Shown here: one piece after another, positions 1 to 13,488 of the stretch
Layout of the letters: each line of letters opens with the position of its first letter
How positions within the stretch are numbered: the first letter of the stretch is position 1
Source of the DNA: Haliotis rubra
Lineage: Eukaryota
Reading direction: 5' to 3'
Length of the DNA stretch: 64,000 nt
NCBI RefSeq assembly: GCF_003918875.1
Contig: NW_025767213.1
Coordinates: 124,001 to 188,000, forward strand
Program-made: the position numbers and the translations under genes
Notes under the pieces: generated by a model
What the model saw: the letters and a program-made list of their open reading frames with translations, nothing else
Database searches by the model: none
What the model was told of the DNA's origin: nothing

Positions 1-2503
1 GGGCTGGCAGAGTTATTACCTTTTTCATACTCTAATGTAAAAGAATAGTGTAATATCACAATACTGCATGTGATATGTTATATCACTCGCCATGTCCTTG
101 TAAAATATTTTCATGACCCACAATAAACAAGATTGATAAAAATGAACGTCATAACATGGTTCCTTGACCCACCCCAAATATGTCATCTCTTTCTAAGTGT
201 GCCCTCTCACGTCAGGAGGCGACAGATGAACTATCAGTCAACAATAAATATACAGACCAACATAATTGATTTTACGAGTGATGCATTCGTTCTGCATATT
301 CTTATTTGTTCCCAAACGCTTCACACAGCAACTTTCTAGTCATATAACGGTAGGATATGAACGACTACGGAATAATGAATTGAAAAGAATGTGTCTTCAC
401 ATAAACAATAGTTCAAAATCAACATTTATTATATTGATTTACGCTCCCCTGATTTAGTCTGACTACACCCCTTCCCTCGTCCTGTAATAAAATACATTAC
501 TGTTTTAAGCTCGTATCGACATATTGATGAGCATATGAATGTAATTTACGCCAGATGTGGATGCGAGCTAGGGTCTTATTCAGATTACAGTGACTTCTTA
601 TCAAATCAGCTGTTGTTATTTGCATTCTAACAACCTGTTCAGTCAACACAGCAAAACACAGTGTATATACTCTTCACAAAAGATAAAGCAACCAGGGTTA
701 TTTCAATGACAAAGGCAGGTTGCAAAACTCCAATAATGCGTGGTGGTGGAGTAGTCACAGTCATGTTCGTGTGTAGTGTGAGGAGCCTGTCTCCCGTGCT
801 CCACTTTGTAATTTTGCTGGAATCTTGATTAAACTCATTCAGTCACTTCAAATGTGTCCCAAGCAAACTCATGTGAGTGCACCCAAACACAGAGGCAGGG
901 GAAGGGGAGGGGGAGGAGGGTGGAAGTCATAGAAATAGGACTTAATAATAATTCAGTTACATATTCATACCGATTTATGAACTGAACGATTTAAATAATG
1001 CTTCAGTCATCAGTCATCAGTTCTCCAGTTATGTCATGGCGGTCTATAATATAAAAAGATTGACAATCTACCATTTTATTGCCAGTTCTTTCGCCATGCA
1101 CCTAGTGCCACAATTCTAACCAACACGTCTTATTTGGCGTGAGAGTGGGTGAATCAGTAACTGTTTAGTTTTACACCGCTTTTAACAATATTCCAGCAAT
1201 ATCACAAGAAATGGGTTTCATACATTGTACCCATGTGGGGAATTGAACCCGAGTCTTCGACGAACGCTATATTCATTAGGCTTCCCCACCGCATCTGACG
1301 TGAGAGGACACAATAACAAAGGACACGAGTGTCCAAATTCAGTGATCATGGGTTCGAATCAGCATCAGTTTAAACTTTTAATTGATTCTCATTTGACACT
1401 ATGTTAGAGAGCTTCGTTAAAGCAAACTACTCATAAACAGATCTCACCCACAGTAACATTGGTTGGTATACTGCGATCGCATCACAGATAAACCACCAGT
1501 CAACAACACATAACAGACCAAGATAAAGGATTTTACGAGTGATTCTTTCGTTCTGTATATTCTCATTTGTTCCCAAACACCACACGCTGCAACATTCTAG
1601 TCATATTTATATCGGGAGAAGTTATCAATGACTACAAAATAATAAATAGAAAAGAATGTGTCCTCGCATTAAAAATGGTTCTGAATCAACATAATCACAT
1701 GAATTTAAGCTTCTAAATAATCAAAGTGTATGGATCAGGAAAAGTAATTTATACATGTGTTATTTTTTTTAAAAGTGGTATAATCTTCAATGTAGACGAA
1801 ACATTATGGAGCACCTGCTCATCCGGTAAAATGAAACTTTACTTAAAACTGACCCTTCAGCAAAAGCTCAGAAGGTACAGCCTCGAGAGGGCGAACCCAC
1901 CTGGAGACAACCAATAAGACTAAAATTATCCCCAGTGTCAGTGAAATCTAACGGCGGTCAATCCAAGGTTGTTTTAGATATTAAACAGAGGTACCGAGGG
2001 TAGTAGATTGTGGGTCCCCAGCATCAGTCTGCCCAGTCTGCTGCAAGTATCGTTGCTTATTTGTGTGTTTACTTACTATTCCAGCTATATGACGGCGGTC
2101 TGTAAATAATCAAAACCAGACAATCCAGTGATTGACATCATGAGTCTGGATCCACGCAGCTGGTTTACTATGACATGTGTGGTGTCAGCGTGTCTGACCA
2201 CCAGATCCCGTTAGTCGCATCTGACGACACGCATTAGTTACTGAAGACCAGTTCTAACCCGGATCTTCTCGGGTTTTCACGTAGTGTTGGCTTAGTGTTC
2301 CAGGATGATTGTTGACTCAGCATTTTCAAACGCCACAATCACCATACAACAAGACATTTTAACAGAATTAACTGACGTAAAGGACATTTATGAACCTCAA
2401 AACCATTGTAAATATTCCCTCAGGGTAAAGGGGTTAATAACATAATGGTGGATCACAGCTACTCTTGTTTAATCTCGAAACCAGGCGCTATACAAATCAA
2501 TTA

Positions 2504-2547
2504 TCATTCATTCATTCATTCATTCATTCATTCATTCATTCATTCAT
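2504..2547. repeat. (TCAT)n microsatellite
   Basis: Direct tetranucleotide run. Confidence 0.95.
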
Positions 2548-3595
2548 ACTGCAATATGCTATTTATTCATGTGATTTAGTTATTTTCGGCTCGGCTCAGC
2601 AATACCTCATGTCGCCATCTCTGTCCAATTCTGTTTGGCGGTGTACTGAACTGTAACATGTTAGCAAGTTATAAACGTCCTACGAACAGGCAATTAGTAA
2701 GGAACTGTAATTCCCTATATAAGACACTATGAAATAAGTGTTATAACTGTAAGCCGACCCCAGTATCTATGTCCTCGGTGATAATGAACAACTGAGAGGA
2801 AACGGAGTCAAGGTCACTGAGTCCAACCGAACAGCCCAAAAACGACATCTTTTATAAACAAAGGAGCTAACAGACTACAAAAGTCCATGTTCCACCTTTG
2901 CCCAAATGGGCTGGCATTTCGTGGTAACACAATGGCCGATAGCAGCGCCATGAGCTGCTCCAGTCAAGTCCATCATATGTCCATCCCATTGGGCAATCAG
3001 ATTCCGTCCAACATTGTACTTGATTTGATTTGAACAAAATGGCGGCGCCTGGTCAAGACTATCTGTTATATGATTAAATTTTATTATAGTTAAACGGGTC
3101 TTACTCCGAGAAGTGCATCAAATTAATCACCTTGACTGAACACATGTGTATGGGTGATCGTTAAGGAGGCTGGGTAAAAGGTTTGTTCACTGACATACAA
3201 ATTTTCATAATTTGAATCGAGCTCTCCACAAGTGACAGTTGCACATATAAGTATTACGTGAAAGATCAGGTCCTTCAGGGTTTTTCTATTGCTGTGTCAA
3301 TTTTGGGAGATATAAATATGATATGAAAACTACAAATAGATATTCATACCCCTTTCATTCGAACGTTTCAAATAATGTTGTTTTTTTACGACGTAGTCAT
3401 CAGTTCTCCTGTTTTATCATGGCGGCCTATAAATATAGAGAGATTGACAATCGACCAATACAAACAATTTAAGATGCACATCCAGAATGTCCCCCCACTA
3501 CACTGATCATATGATATGAATGCTACATTCAGCGAGAAGACATTCTGCATGACCAGTGAGCAAATAAACACCTTTGAGGGACGGTTGAATATACC

Positions 3596-5046
3596 CAGTG
3601 TGTGTACCCCTGCTGTCAGTGTGTGTATCCCTGCTGTTAGTGTGTGTACCCCTGTTGTCAGTGTGTTTTCCCCTGTTGTCAGTGTGTGTACCCCTGCTGT
3701 CAGTGTGTGTACCCCTGCTGTCAGTGTGTGTACCCCTGCTGTCAGTGTGTGTACCCCTGTTGCCAGTGTGTGTACCCCTGTTATCAGTGTGTGTACCCCT
3801 GCTGTCAGTGTGTGTACCCCTGCTGTCAGTGTGTGTACCCCTGCTGTCAGTGTGTGTACCCCTGCTGTGAGTGTGTGTACCCTGCTGTCAGTGTGTGTGT
3901 ACCCCTGTTGCCAGTGTGTGTACCCCTGTTATCAGTGTGTGTACCCCTGCTGTCAGTGTGTGTACCCCTGCTTCCAGTGTGTGTACCCCTGCTGTTAGTG
4001 TGAGTACCCCTGTTGTCAGTGTGTGTACCCCTTCTGTCAGTATGTGTACTCCTGTTGTCAGTGTGTGTACCCCTGTTGTCAGTGTGTGTACCCCTGCTGT
4101 CAGTGTGTGTACCCCTGCTTCCAGTGTGTGTACCCCTGCTGTCAGTGTGTGTACCCCTGTTGTCAGTGTGTGTACCCCTTCTGTCAGTATGTGTACTCCT
4201 GTTGTCAGTGTGTGTACCCCTGTTGTCAGTGTGTGTACCCCTGCTGTCAGTGTGTGTACCCTGCTTCCAGTGTGTGTACCCCTGCTGTCAGTGTGTGTGT
4301 GTACCCCCTGCTTCCAGTGTGTGTACCCCTGCTGTCAGTGTGTGTACCCCTGTTGTCAGTGTGTACCCCTTCTGTCAGTATGTGTACCCCTGTTGTCAGT
4401 GTGTACCCCTGCTGTCAGTGTGTGTACCCCTGCTGTCAGTGTGTGTACCCCTGTTGTCAGTGTGTGTACCCCTGCTTCCAGTGTGTGTACCCCTTCTGTC
4501 AGTATGTGTACTCCTGTTGTCAGTGTGTGTACCCCTGCTGTCAGTGTGTGTGTACCCCTGCTGTCAGTGTGTGTACCTCTGTTGTCAGTGTGTGTACCCC
4601 TGCTGTGAGTGTGTGTACCCCTGCTGTCAGTGTGTGTACCCCTGCTGTCAGTGTGTGTACCCCTGCTGTGAGTGTGTGTACCCCTGCTGTCAGTGTGTGT
4701 ACCCCTGCTGTCAGTGTGTGTACCCCTGCTGTCAGTGTGTGTGTGTACCCCTTCTGTCAGTATGTGTACCCCTGTTGTCAGTGTGTGTACCCCTGCTGTC
4801 AGTGTGTGTGTACCCCTGCTGTCAGTGTGTACCCCTGCTGTCAGTGTGTGTACCCCCTGCTGCCAGTGTGTGTACCCCTGTTGTCAGTGTGTGTACCCCT
4901 GCTTCCAGTGTGTGTACCCCTGCTGTCAGTGTGTGTACCCCTGCTGTGAGTGTGTGTACCCCTGCTGTGAGTGTGTGTACCCCTGTTGTCAGTGTGTGTA
5001 CCCCTGTTGTCAGTGTGTGTACCCCTGCTGTGAGTGTGTGTACCCC
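3596..5046. repeat. 21-bp minisatellite (cagtgtgtgtacccctgctgt)n
   Basis: Direct tandem periodicity. Confidence 0.97.
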
Positions 5047-5069
5047 AACACTTTATTGTGCAAGGAAGG

Positions 5070-5410
5070 GTCACGGTTCTGTCGAGACAACATACCGACA
5101 CACTTTGTTGTCTCAAATGCCTGGGGACGACGTTTGTTCTCTAAGGACGACAACACCCATGCTCACGGAGCACGAATCGTCAAGGCGCACCTACAGCACA
5201 CCATCCCTAGAATCCCACGGCCAGCAATCAACCCGAGCTTTCCCCCAACTGTACACGTCTGGGATATGAAAGGGAGGTGCGCGACATGAACCTCCAACTA
5301 CGTTATGTAAACTTGATCAGGCGCTGCAACAGGAGTGCGAGAGATTTCACCAGACTGGGAGAATCGCATGGATGTTGGACAAATCACCGCGGTATTACAT
5401 ACCACTGTTC
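5070..5410 (+). mobile_element. Degenerate Tc1 transposase C-terminal remnant
   Basis: Translation LFSKDDNTHAHGARIVKAHLQHTIPRIPRPAINPSFPPTVHVWDMKGR matches the Tc1 pattern QDDNA.H.A.....W.A.SPDLNPIEH.WD. Confidence 0.7.
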
Positions 5411-5802
5411 CAAAAACGTCAACTTTGGAACCTTTTTCCGAACCTCCTACTATTGTGCTGCATGATCACTTGCGGTCATAACAAGCTGTCATACTCTCAT
5501 CATTCAACACCGGTTGTCCCACATGATCGTTGGCGGGCATGACATATTCTCATGCTGTCATAATTCAACACCGGTTGTTATTTTCCCCAGTTGCATTAGT
5601 ATTGTCGTACAACTAGGATTGAGAAATTACAGTTTTGAAAATCGATGTTATTTCCGAGCATTCAATGCCATTTTGGAGAGTAACTCTATGTTATTGAAGC
5701 ACTGGGGAACGCATTCCTAAATAACAACAGAAGCATTTATCTATTGAGACATTTTATCTAATCAAGGTCAGATATTGTCAGTTCATTGATCTGGGTACGT
5801 TC

Positions 5803-8487
5803 TCACTCCTTCGTCGCTGCATCTGTAAACAACAAACAACTTTAGTAAGCTGTGTGAATGGTAAGCTGGTTTTAATTCCTTTTTAAAGTTTATTTCAAAT
5901 GTAAATCGTTATGTTTTCTTGTTCTGGGATGAAACCTGAAAATCATTAGACATTTTCCATGATGGCAAAACCCGCAAGTATGGTACTGACGGACCAGGGT
6001 TAACTATTGGGTGAATCTAAGATTCGAACCCATGGTCAGTGGAACAGCAGCAATTTAGAACACTGTGTCTACAGTGCATCCTCAAAAAGAAAAAATACGC
6101 CATGCATATTTTTAATGTTTCTCATCTCTTGCTTTTTGTGGACGGGCTTAAAACATGAATAAAAATTTTTTTTTAAATGTTGGCACTAATTGTGCATCTT
6201 CTTTTGTAAAATTTGAAATTTAAATGACCCAATAATGACTTTGAAATAATGTTTAATGTAGATTTAATCCCTTTGCTTCGAAAACAATGTATATAGATTG
6301 ATGAAGAAAGATCAAGATGAGCTGGTTCTAGAGTGGATGAAATGTTAGCGTACGCAGGGCATAAATTTCAATTTCGGGGGCCAAAACTGGCTTAAAAATA
6401 TTTTTAGTGTTTGAATTGTTTAAAGCAGTCAGGAGGTGGGAAACACAAGAGTGAGTGAGTGAGTGAGTTTAGTTTAGTTGTAAATAATCGACTCTGGACC
6501 TGACAATCCAGTTATCAACAGCATAAGAGTCGATCTACGCAATTGGGAACCGATGACCACCCGATCCCGTTAGTCGCCTTTCACGACAAGCATGGGTTGC
6601 TGAAGATCAATTCTAACCCGGACCTTCACGGGTGGGAAACACAAGAAAATATAGACAGCCATACCACGAAGACGTCAGTCCAAGAAAGTTCGACACTGTC
6701 AGTCTTTAAAAGCACCTACAGGCTGAATGTAATCGTGTTGACTTCTTTATTATACATTGGTGATGAATGGGCATGACGCGCTATGCATTATATAGCAGTG
6801 GTTATCCATAACATTCCTAGTCGTGTACACCAGCATTATTCATCATTTCAGTAAAGCTAATAAATAATAAGTGACCGAGTCAAAATAACTTTTAAGCATC
6901 AAGTTTAAACATTAACGATCATATTCTCATGTCTTGTATATAATTACGATAATATACACTTCCTTACTGTTATCAGCCGATGTCATCAACACTTTTACAT
7001 CTCTCGCATTGAATAACACCTCGTCCCGCGATTGGTCAATATCCCTTCCCTGTTTGATGTCTTCGCTCTCAAGATCTGAAACGAATCATGTTCAATTAAC
7101 CTATGTTGGTGATCTAGAGCCGTTCATACAGATATGATGCAATCACGTTAAATAGTGTATATAGAAACTAAGTGTATAAGGCGTAGATAGGTTAGAGGGG
7201 TTGATTATGACATCAAACGTTGTCACATGTTCTATTCCGATTTTGTTCAACCATGAACACTACGTAACACGTGTTGCTTAGACTAACTGATTTCGAATTT
7301 GTTTGGTTGGTTGGTTTGTTGTTTAACGCCACACAGTCCTTGGATGGGTGACCGTGTTTGGCAGTTTGACTCCTGAGAGTTTCTAGGACTTCACTTCTGC
7401 CCCACAACGACTGACTGACTGACTGACTGAATATGGTTTTACGCCGCTTTTAGCAATATTCCAGCAACATCACGGCGGGGGACACCAGAAATGGGCTTCA
7501 CACATGTACCCATGTGGGGATTCGAACCCGTGTCTTCGGCGTGACGAGCCAAAGCTTTAACCACTAGGCTAACAACACACACACACCCACCCCCACCCCC
7601 ACCCCCAACGAAGCACATGTGATACATGTGGTCTTACCTTAGGCAAGTGAGTTTGTTCAAAATTGCCTCGGTTCACCCAGCAGGATGGGTCATGTGACTG
7701 TAACCTTCTAACGCGTAACAGGCAGCTTGGGTTATCCGGGGTAATAATAATCAGATTCTGATTACAAGGTCCAGTGAGCAACTAGTCAGATAGATACTAG
7801 GCGCTAAATATATGAATTATTATCATTACACTCAGCAATATTCCAGCTATATGGCGGCGCTCTGTGAATCGAGTCTGGTCTAGACAATCCAGTGATCAAT
7901 AGAATGGGCATCGATATATCGATTGACTGTATAACCATATGATTAAGCTTTGTCTATTGCAGTTGCATTTTTACAAGCGATGTTTTTTATATTGAATCAC
8001 ACGTCAACCAGTGGAGGATATGCTAAATTAAATTACTAAATTAAATTAAACCTTCCGAAATTCCAAACGATTTTAGCAATTGTAAGACCTTGACATTGAC
8101 AGCAAAGCTGTTCAAAGACTATCAGTGCGAGCTGTTATCCTTAAATTCCTCACGTTACACATTTTGTTGAGTGCTTGTTCAGCAATGGATATCATGTGCA
8201 TATTGCATTAATAACGTATTTATATTCATTAGCCAGTGGATCCGCGACGACACCTTTGATGCTCTCTGCAGCAATACTATTTTTTTCTTGGAATTTCTTG
8301 TGAAACGTGGAGAAAGTTTAAGGCACTCACCTCTTCCATGTAACTTCGTCGTACTTGTTATCCACCGGGACCTATTCATCCTCCTAGTAATTCTCCTCCA
8401 ACTTCTCCTCCCACGCCACTTCCCGTTAGATGCGTCCAGACACACAAGGACCAGCAGCAGCAGCAACAACAAGGGCAGCAGTTTCAT
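5803..8487 (-). CDS. Gene A: spliced secreted cationic (antimicrobial-like) peptide precursor, 94 aa; coding exons 8487-8331, 7075-6968, 5822-5803
   Basis: Acceptor ttgttccag at 8500-8499 and ATG at 8487. Donor AGAG|gtgagt at 8330 (phase 1). Acceptor gtttcag then a 108-nt open exon ending ACA|gtaagg (phase 1). Acceptor ttgtttacag then ATGCAGCGACGAAGGAGTGA. Joined protein: MKLLPLLLLLLLVLVCLDASNG-KWRGRRSWRRITRRMNRSRWITSTTKLH-GR-DLESEDIKQGRDIDQSRDEVLFNARDVKVLMTSADNNAATKE*. Confidence 0.8.
6451..6633 (-). mobile_element. Family B element in the last intron of gene A
   Basis: 16-bp TSD ggtgggaaacacaaga at 6435 and 6631. Confidence 0.88.
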
Positions 8488-9606
8488 CACGCTCAGCTCT
8501 GGAACAACGTGAAGAGTGAAGCATCACTTTCATGGTCAGTATCAGGACAAACGCCAACTGTGTAAACCAGCTGTGGAAGCTGACACGCAACCAACAGAAC
8601 ATACATTAATCAGAGTACTGCTTGAGCTTTCAAGACTGAATTATGTGATTTAAGTTCGGCTTGCAAATAAGAAAACTAGTGATGGCACCACATGTAGCAC
8701 CTGCCACTCACACCAATTTCCAACAAATATTTGAGATGATTTGACATATAGTGAACAAAAGGAAATAATAAACACTACAGCTTAGAAATATCACAAGACA
8801 TTGTGTATGCACCACTTGTCACTAAAATGGTACATGTCTTTTATTGTTTAAAGACTTACTTCAGTTTCCTGATGGCGTTCAAAGACATACTTCAGTTTCC
8901 TGATGGCGTTCTGTGAAAAATCGGGTCAAGGTCAGACAATTAAATTATTGAAACAATGAGTATCGATTTACACAACTGAAAAAAAAATGATGACAGGCAT
9001 CTCATGTAGGTGAGTCTGGCCACCAAATCCCACTAGTCGCCTTTCATGGCTTCTTACGACCAGTTCTAGTCGGGAAGTTAACAACAGGGAAGAGGATAAT
9101 ACAAGCAGTGGGTGAAATCCAGTCGGGCCAGTAAATCTCCAGTCACTAGCCCGACTGGCTAGTGAATTTTCATGGGATCATTTTGTAAATATCTCTCAGA
9201 CTTGATCAGTTATAATACACTTTTAAATCCTGCAAGATTATGGCCTGATAAAAAATGTTCATCATATTAGCAGCTTAATGATGAAACCCGTGTCATGCCG
9301 ACAGTATCCTATTCTCATTTATTTTTGAAAACTTTTGCTTAGTTTCTACATTCAAATGTCGCGCAAGTGAATTATTTTGTGGGCTAGTAACTTTCAGGCA
9401 TAGCTGGCCCGACTGGCTAACAAAATTTGTAATGCTTGTTGAATGCAAACACTTTTTGGGGGAAACAATCTAAGTCTAAAAATATATTTTTGTATCTTAG
9501 CAAAAAATGTCACCAAATCCCTCATTTCTATTATTTTAAAACGCGCACTTACTCACACAAACTGTGAACCCGTAATATACACATAAACAACAACATATAT
9601 ACTCAC

Positions 9607-9710
9607 AAACCGGCTGTTCTGTAAGGACAGGTCGTGGAAGCTGTGTTTGGCTATAGGTATACGGACCACTGATGGAAGAGATCAGTGAAGCCTGTAGTTA
9701 TAAAAAAAGC
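9607..9710 (-). promoter_or_regulatory. Probable TATA-like promoter and non-coding exon 1 of gene A
   Basis: On the minus strand, TTTTTATAA near 9700 is followed about 90 nt later by donor ttt|gtgagt (9606-9601). An upstream exon is required because the ATG lies 11 nt after an acceptor. Confidence 0.4.
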
Positions 9711-11189
9711 AGCGGTAACAGCGTTAACGTCACCGTGATTTTCAGGAGTAACCTACATTTCAAGGTGTGCAACTCAGATGCGATAAACATATGCTCTCAT
9801 TGAACAAACTGATTATCTCATGCCTACGGGGCTTTGGTGCAATCGACCAAACGGAGTCGAGCAGTAATACATGGGCTGTTGATTATTAATATTGTATAAC
9901 TGAATTATCTGTAAAATAAATGTGCTCATAGTATACCAAAATATCACTTCACTTTTTTTCTCATTTTGTCACATAAAAATATCTGAAGGTAGTGTTTCGA
10001 TATTATTGCCTGATGAGCTCTGAAATCTGATTTTCTTCACAGAAAGTGACCAGATACTAGTGAGTGATTGAGTGTGTGATTGAATGTGTGAGTAAGTGGT
10101 GTTTATATGTTAAAAATTACATACGACTCGTAGTTTTTAGCGCAATCGATACATCACTAAACGTAATCATGAAATCGCACCACTATATTGCCATTTACAG
10201 GGAGTAACCTTGAGTAATGATTTATTTCAACCTGCCTTGGAACAGATGTTCTCATAGACTCCAACTAGGACCCGACCCTTATCACCTTGTTGTATACTGT
10301 TGCAATATCGGTATATGATCAGGCGTGGACGTGATGGCAACAGGAGTACATTTCCTCATTAGCTGCTGTTGTTACCGATGATCAAACTACTACATGTAGT
10401 GAGATGACGGTGTTTCACCACTACTACTGAGCGTATTCGCTGCTACAGAAATGATGGCATATACATAGGGAATCTTCCATGCGTTGAGTATAATATCGGG
10501 TCTTTCCCAGGGCTTTCGAGAAGGTGACGATAGGCATATTATCGTTGAACATGAAACATGATGTTTTATCCGACATATGGAATGTCCTATTTTGTGCAAA
10601 TTTTGCGTAGTATGTTAAATTGAACTATTTAATTACAAATTTAAAACATTGAAACGGAAATTCTCTACCTAACACGTGTGTGTGTGTGTGTTTCACCACC
10701 CACTTACTATGTAGTTCTGTTTTTTAAACTTCAAACAAAAAATGGGAAAATATTTGAGATTAATAACAGTCTTTACGCTCTCTTAAGACAAACCGTAAAG
10801 CCTATCGACATATTTACGAGACCTTTGTAGGAAGCGAATGAACACATGAAGAAGCTAACCCACAGTTTTCTTCATAAATTACCACCTGCTATTTTCTGCC
10901 CTGCTTGTGTGAAACTAACGCCACTGAAAAGTCAAAATTATATATTTTCTTACAGAGCACACGCGTGATAGAGATATTTAGCGGGAAGGTAACACCTGCA
11001 TGAAGCAGTCTTGTCAAAGTGTTACGTTAACTGCAGCGAAAAATCGAGTGTTATGCTCACACTGTATACTGAAAGTATCATATTTCTAAAGAAAACATGA
11101 ATATAAGACATGAATTTAGGATACACTTACACATTCCACCAGTTAATAGTTTGGATCATTTTGTATGGTAACGTCATATAGGTTTAGTT

Positions 11190-11880
11190 CCGATTTTGAC
11201 AGTCCCAATCTTGACAGTGAAAATTCACACTTCTGTAATAGATCTAGCCATTTATCCCAATTTTGACAGTGAGCTCACCGGTCGTCCCATTTTTGACAGA
11301 GCTCGGCTCACACATGTTAATTAATCCCTGATTAGCCAGTGGTTGTGGGGGCTACTGTAACAGAGGACTAAAACAAGAAAGACTAAAGCTAAAACAGTTT
11401 ATTCTTGAAAGTCAATCACTTCAAAGTCACCAATCACTGAGCAACGCTTCCAGCCAGCACACTGCCACAGGCAGAAAGATATGACGCCACATCTCTGTCA
11501 CATGTCATGTATTCCAAACCAAGTTGGTACAAAGTTGCTGAAGCATTTTCAACACGGCGTCTCTTCATCTGTGTCTGTCCAAAAACAATGATCCTGCTAA
11601 CGCTGTTGTCATCTACCAGTAGAAAGTCTTCTCCTCGGTCTGTTGTAGCCCATTCTCCATCAAGCTGTAGTTATTGGGCGTCTTTTGGAGTACGTGGGAC
11701 CTTCTTGGTTCTTTGTCTGTTCAGACTTGACTCGATACTCTCGTACATCTGAAGACGCTGTAAAAAATGGGACACTACAGATTGTGGCACATCTCCGAGG
11801 AATGTTAACGATAGGACTAGTGAGGTTCTTTAGTTTGTATCTTACTTTATCATGACAGCCAGGACCCAACTGTGATCCAG
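11190..11880 (-). mobile_element. Mutator/MULE-like transposase remnant with subterminal repeats
   Basis: A minus frame reads SIESSLNRQRTKKVPRTPKDAQ*LQLDGEWATTDRGEDFLLVDDNSVSRIIVFG, typical of the segment preceding invertebrate MULE domains. Four cc.attttgacag-type repeats at 11190-11300. Confidence 0.5.
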
Positions 11881-11902
11881 TTGTCATTCTTGGTACAAAA
11901 TA

Positions 11903-13488
11903 TACTCAGAAGCAAAAAAACGTCAGTACGTATTAAAAATGAAATAAGCACTGTAATCAAATCATTACAGAAATGGACATAATAAGCCAATCAAAAACAT
12001 TTTTTGTGTACAATATCTTGACACATCAATGAATAACACTGCACAATTTCAAGACATTACGTGAACGTTTGCAGTCCATTCAGACTCTTGACTTCAGTAT
12101 CTAGTGTGACCACCACGAGCGGCACAGAGTGCACCAATCCATTGATTAAGGCCATTGGCCCCCGTAACCACACTCTGAGAAATGCAATAAATCGGCTGTG
12201 TTCGGCCTTGGTATGACATTACTCAGTCTCCTCTGAATTCCATCCCAAAGATGTTCAGTTGGGATTAAATCAGGACTAAGGGCTGGTCACTGCACAATGT
12301 TGACACCGTTCTGCTGTAGGAAGTCCCGTGTAACTCTGGCAGTATGGGCCTGGGCGTTATCATGCTTGAAACTGTTGTTCCGGTGACGTGCGAATTGTGG
12401 CATGACGTGGGGTCTGAGAGCTTGGTCGATGTAGCGCACCGCTGTGATGCCGCCTCCTCTCCATGGACCAAGGTTCTGGAACACCACAGGACCCACTCTC
12501 TGGTTCAGGCCTATTCCACCCCATGCCATGATGCTTTCACCTCCCCATGAGTCTCTTTCCATAACACATTGGTCTGAGTAACGCTTGCCACGTCGTCGCC
12601 ATGTTCTTGTTCTGCCATCTGCAGTTGATACGCAGTACCGACTCTCATCTGTGAACAGATCCATTGCCTGTAACGCCAGTTTTCGTAGACGTTCACGCCG
12701 ATGACGAGGGGTGAGGATAGGTCCAGGGTGAGGTCTACGGCAACGGAGGTTCCCGCTGTTAAGACGTCGGCGTACTGTATCTGTACTGATTGGTCTTCCG
12801 TGTGTTCCCACTGTCTGCGTGCTGTTTCGGATGCCTGCATGAAGGGATTCTGTACATGATGTTGCACAACATGGCGGTCTTGTGGTGACCCTTGAGAGTG
12901 GAGCGATCATTTGTGGTGTTGGTGGCCCGGAAACGTTGCTGCAGCCTGTAGATGGTCCGAACGTTGGCCTGGAAGTTATTAGCCAGCTTCAAGTCTTCCT
13001 AGCGCCTGGTTCCTCTGAGCTGTCGTGAGTCGCGGCATCCTGCTGACGTTGTAATGTGAACAGGGGCGTAGCTACCATTATAAAAAAAAGCCCGGGCTGA
13101 CACGTGATTTTTGCTAAAAAGGTTGGGCAAGCCCTCAATACTATCTAAATATAAAGCTTTGCAACCTATCGGGCTTACACGAGAAAAATGGCTTGCTACG
13201 CGCCTGGCGAATGTTTCTACCAGGTTGGGGTGCATTTTATAGGGCCGGTCCTTGTGAACAGCACGTGCAGCATGAGTTGCATGAAACACATGGAGAACAC
13301 CGTACCATCTCCGAAGTCAGGTTGCGTTTTTGAGACCATTTCCTGGGTTCAATTCTTAGTTTATGAAGGAATGTCAGGTAAAGTTGGAGATGTTGTCAAA
13401 AATAAACAATCAAACCATTAAATGAGTTTACTGTTATACGTTTATGCGAAGGAAAATTCCAAACTGACGTTTCTTTTGCTGCTTAGTA
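11903..13488 (-). mobile_element. Tc1/mariner DNA transposon with decayed transposase (13038-12094)
   Basis: TIRs of about 25 bp (TACTCAGAAGCAAAAAAACGTCAGT / ACTGACGTTTCTTTTGCTGCTTAGTA) flanked by TA. The transposase starts MPRLTTAQRNQALGRLEAG, contains FTDESRY, HDNAQAH and NPTEHLWD, and ends GGHTRY*. Stops and frameshifts are present. Confidence 0.92.

Noticed and set aside
3516-5289. Cys-rich (YPCCQCV)n ORFs resembling metallothionein or keratin-associated proteins
   Set aside because: All frames are open because the 21-bp unit lacks stops, and unit indels shift frames freely.
8179-8330. C-terminal half of the 103-aa ORF 8179..8490
   Set aside because: Lies after a consensus gtgagt donor; most likely intron read-through.
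10010-10026. CTGATGA...GAAA hammerhead core (also 54660-54674 and 22350-22418)
   Set aside because: No adequate stem II or flanking helices, or the core is mutated.
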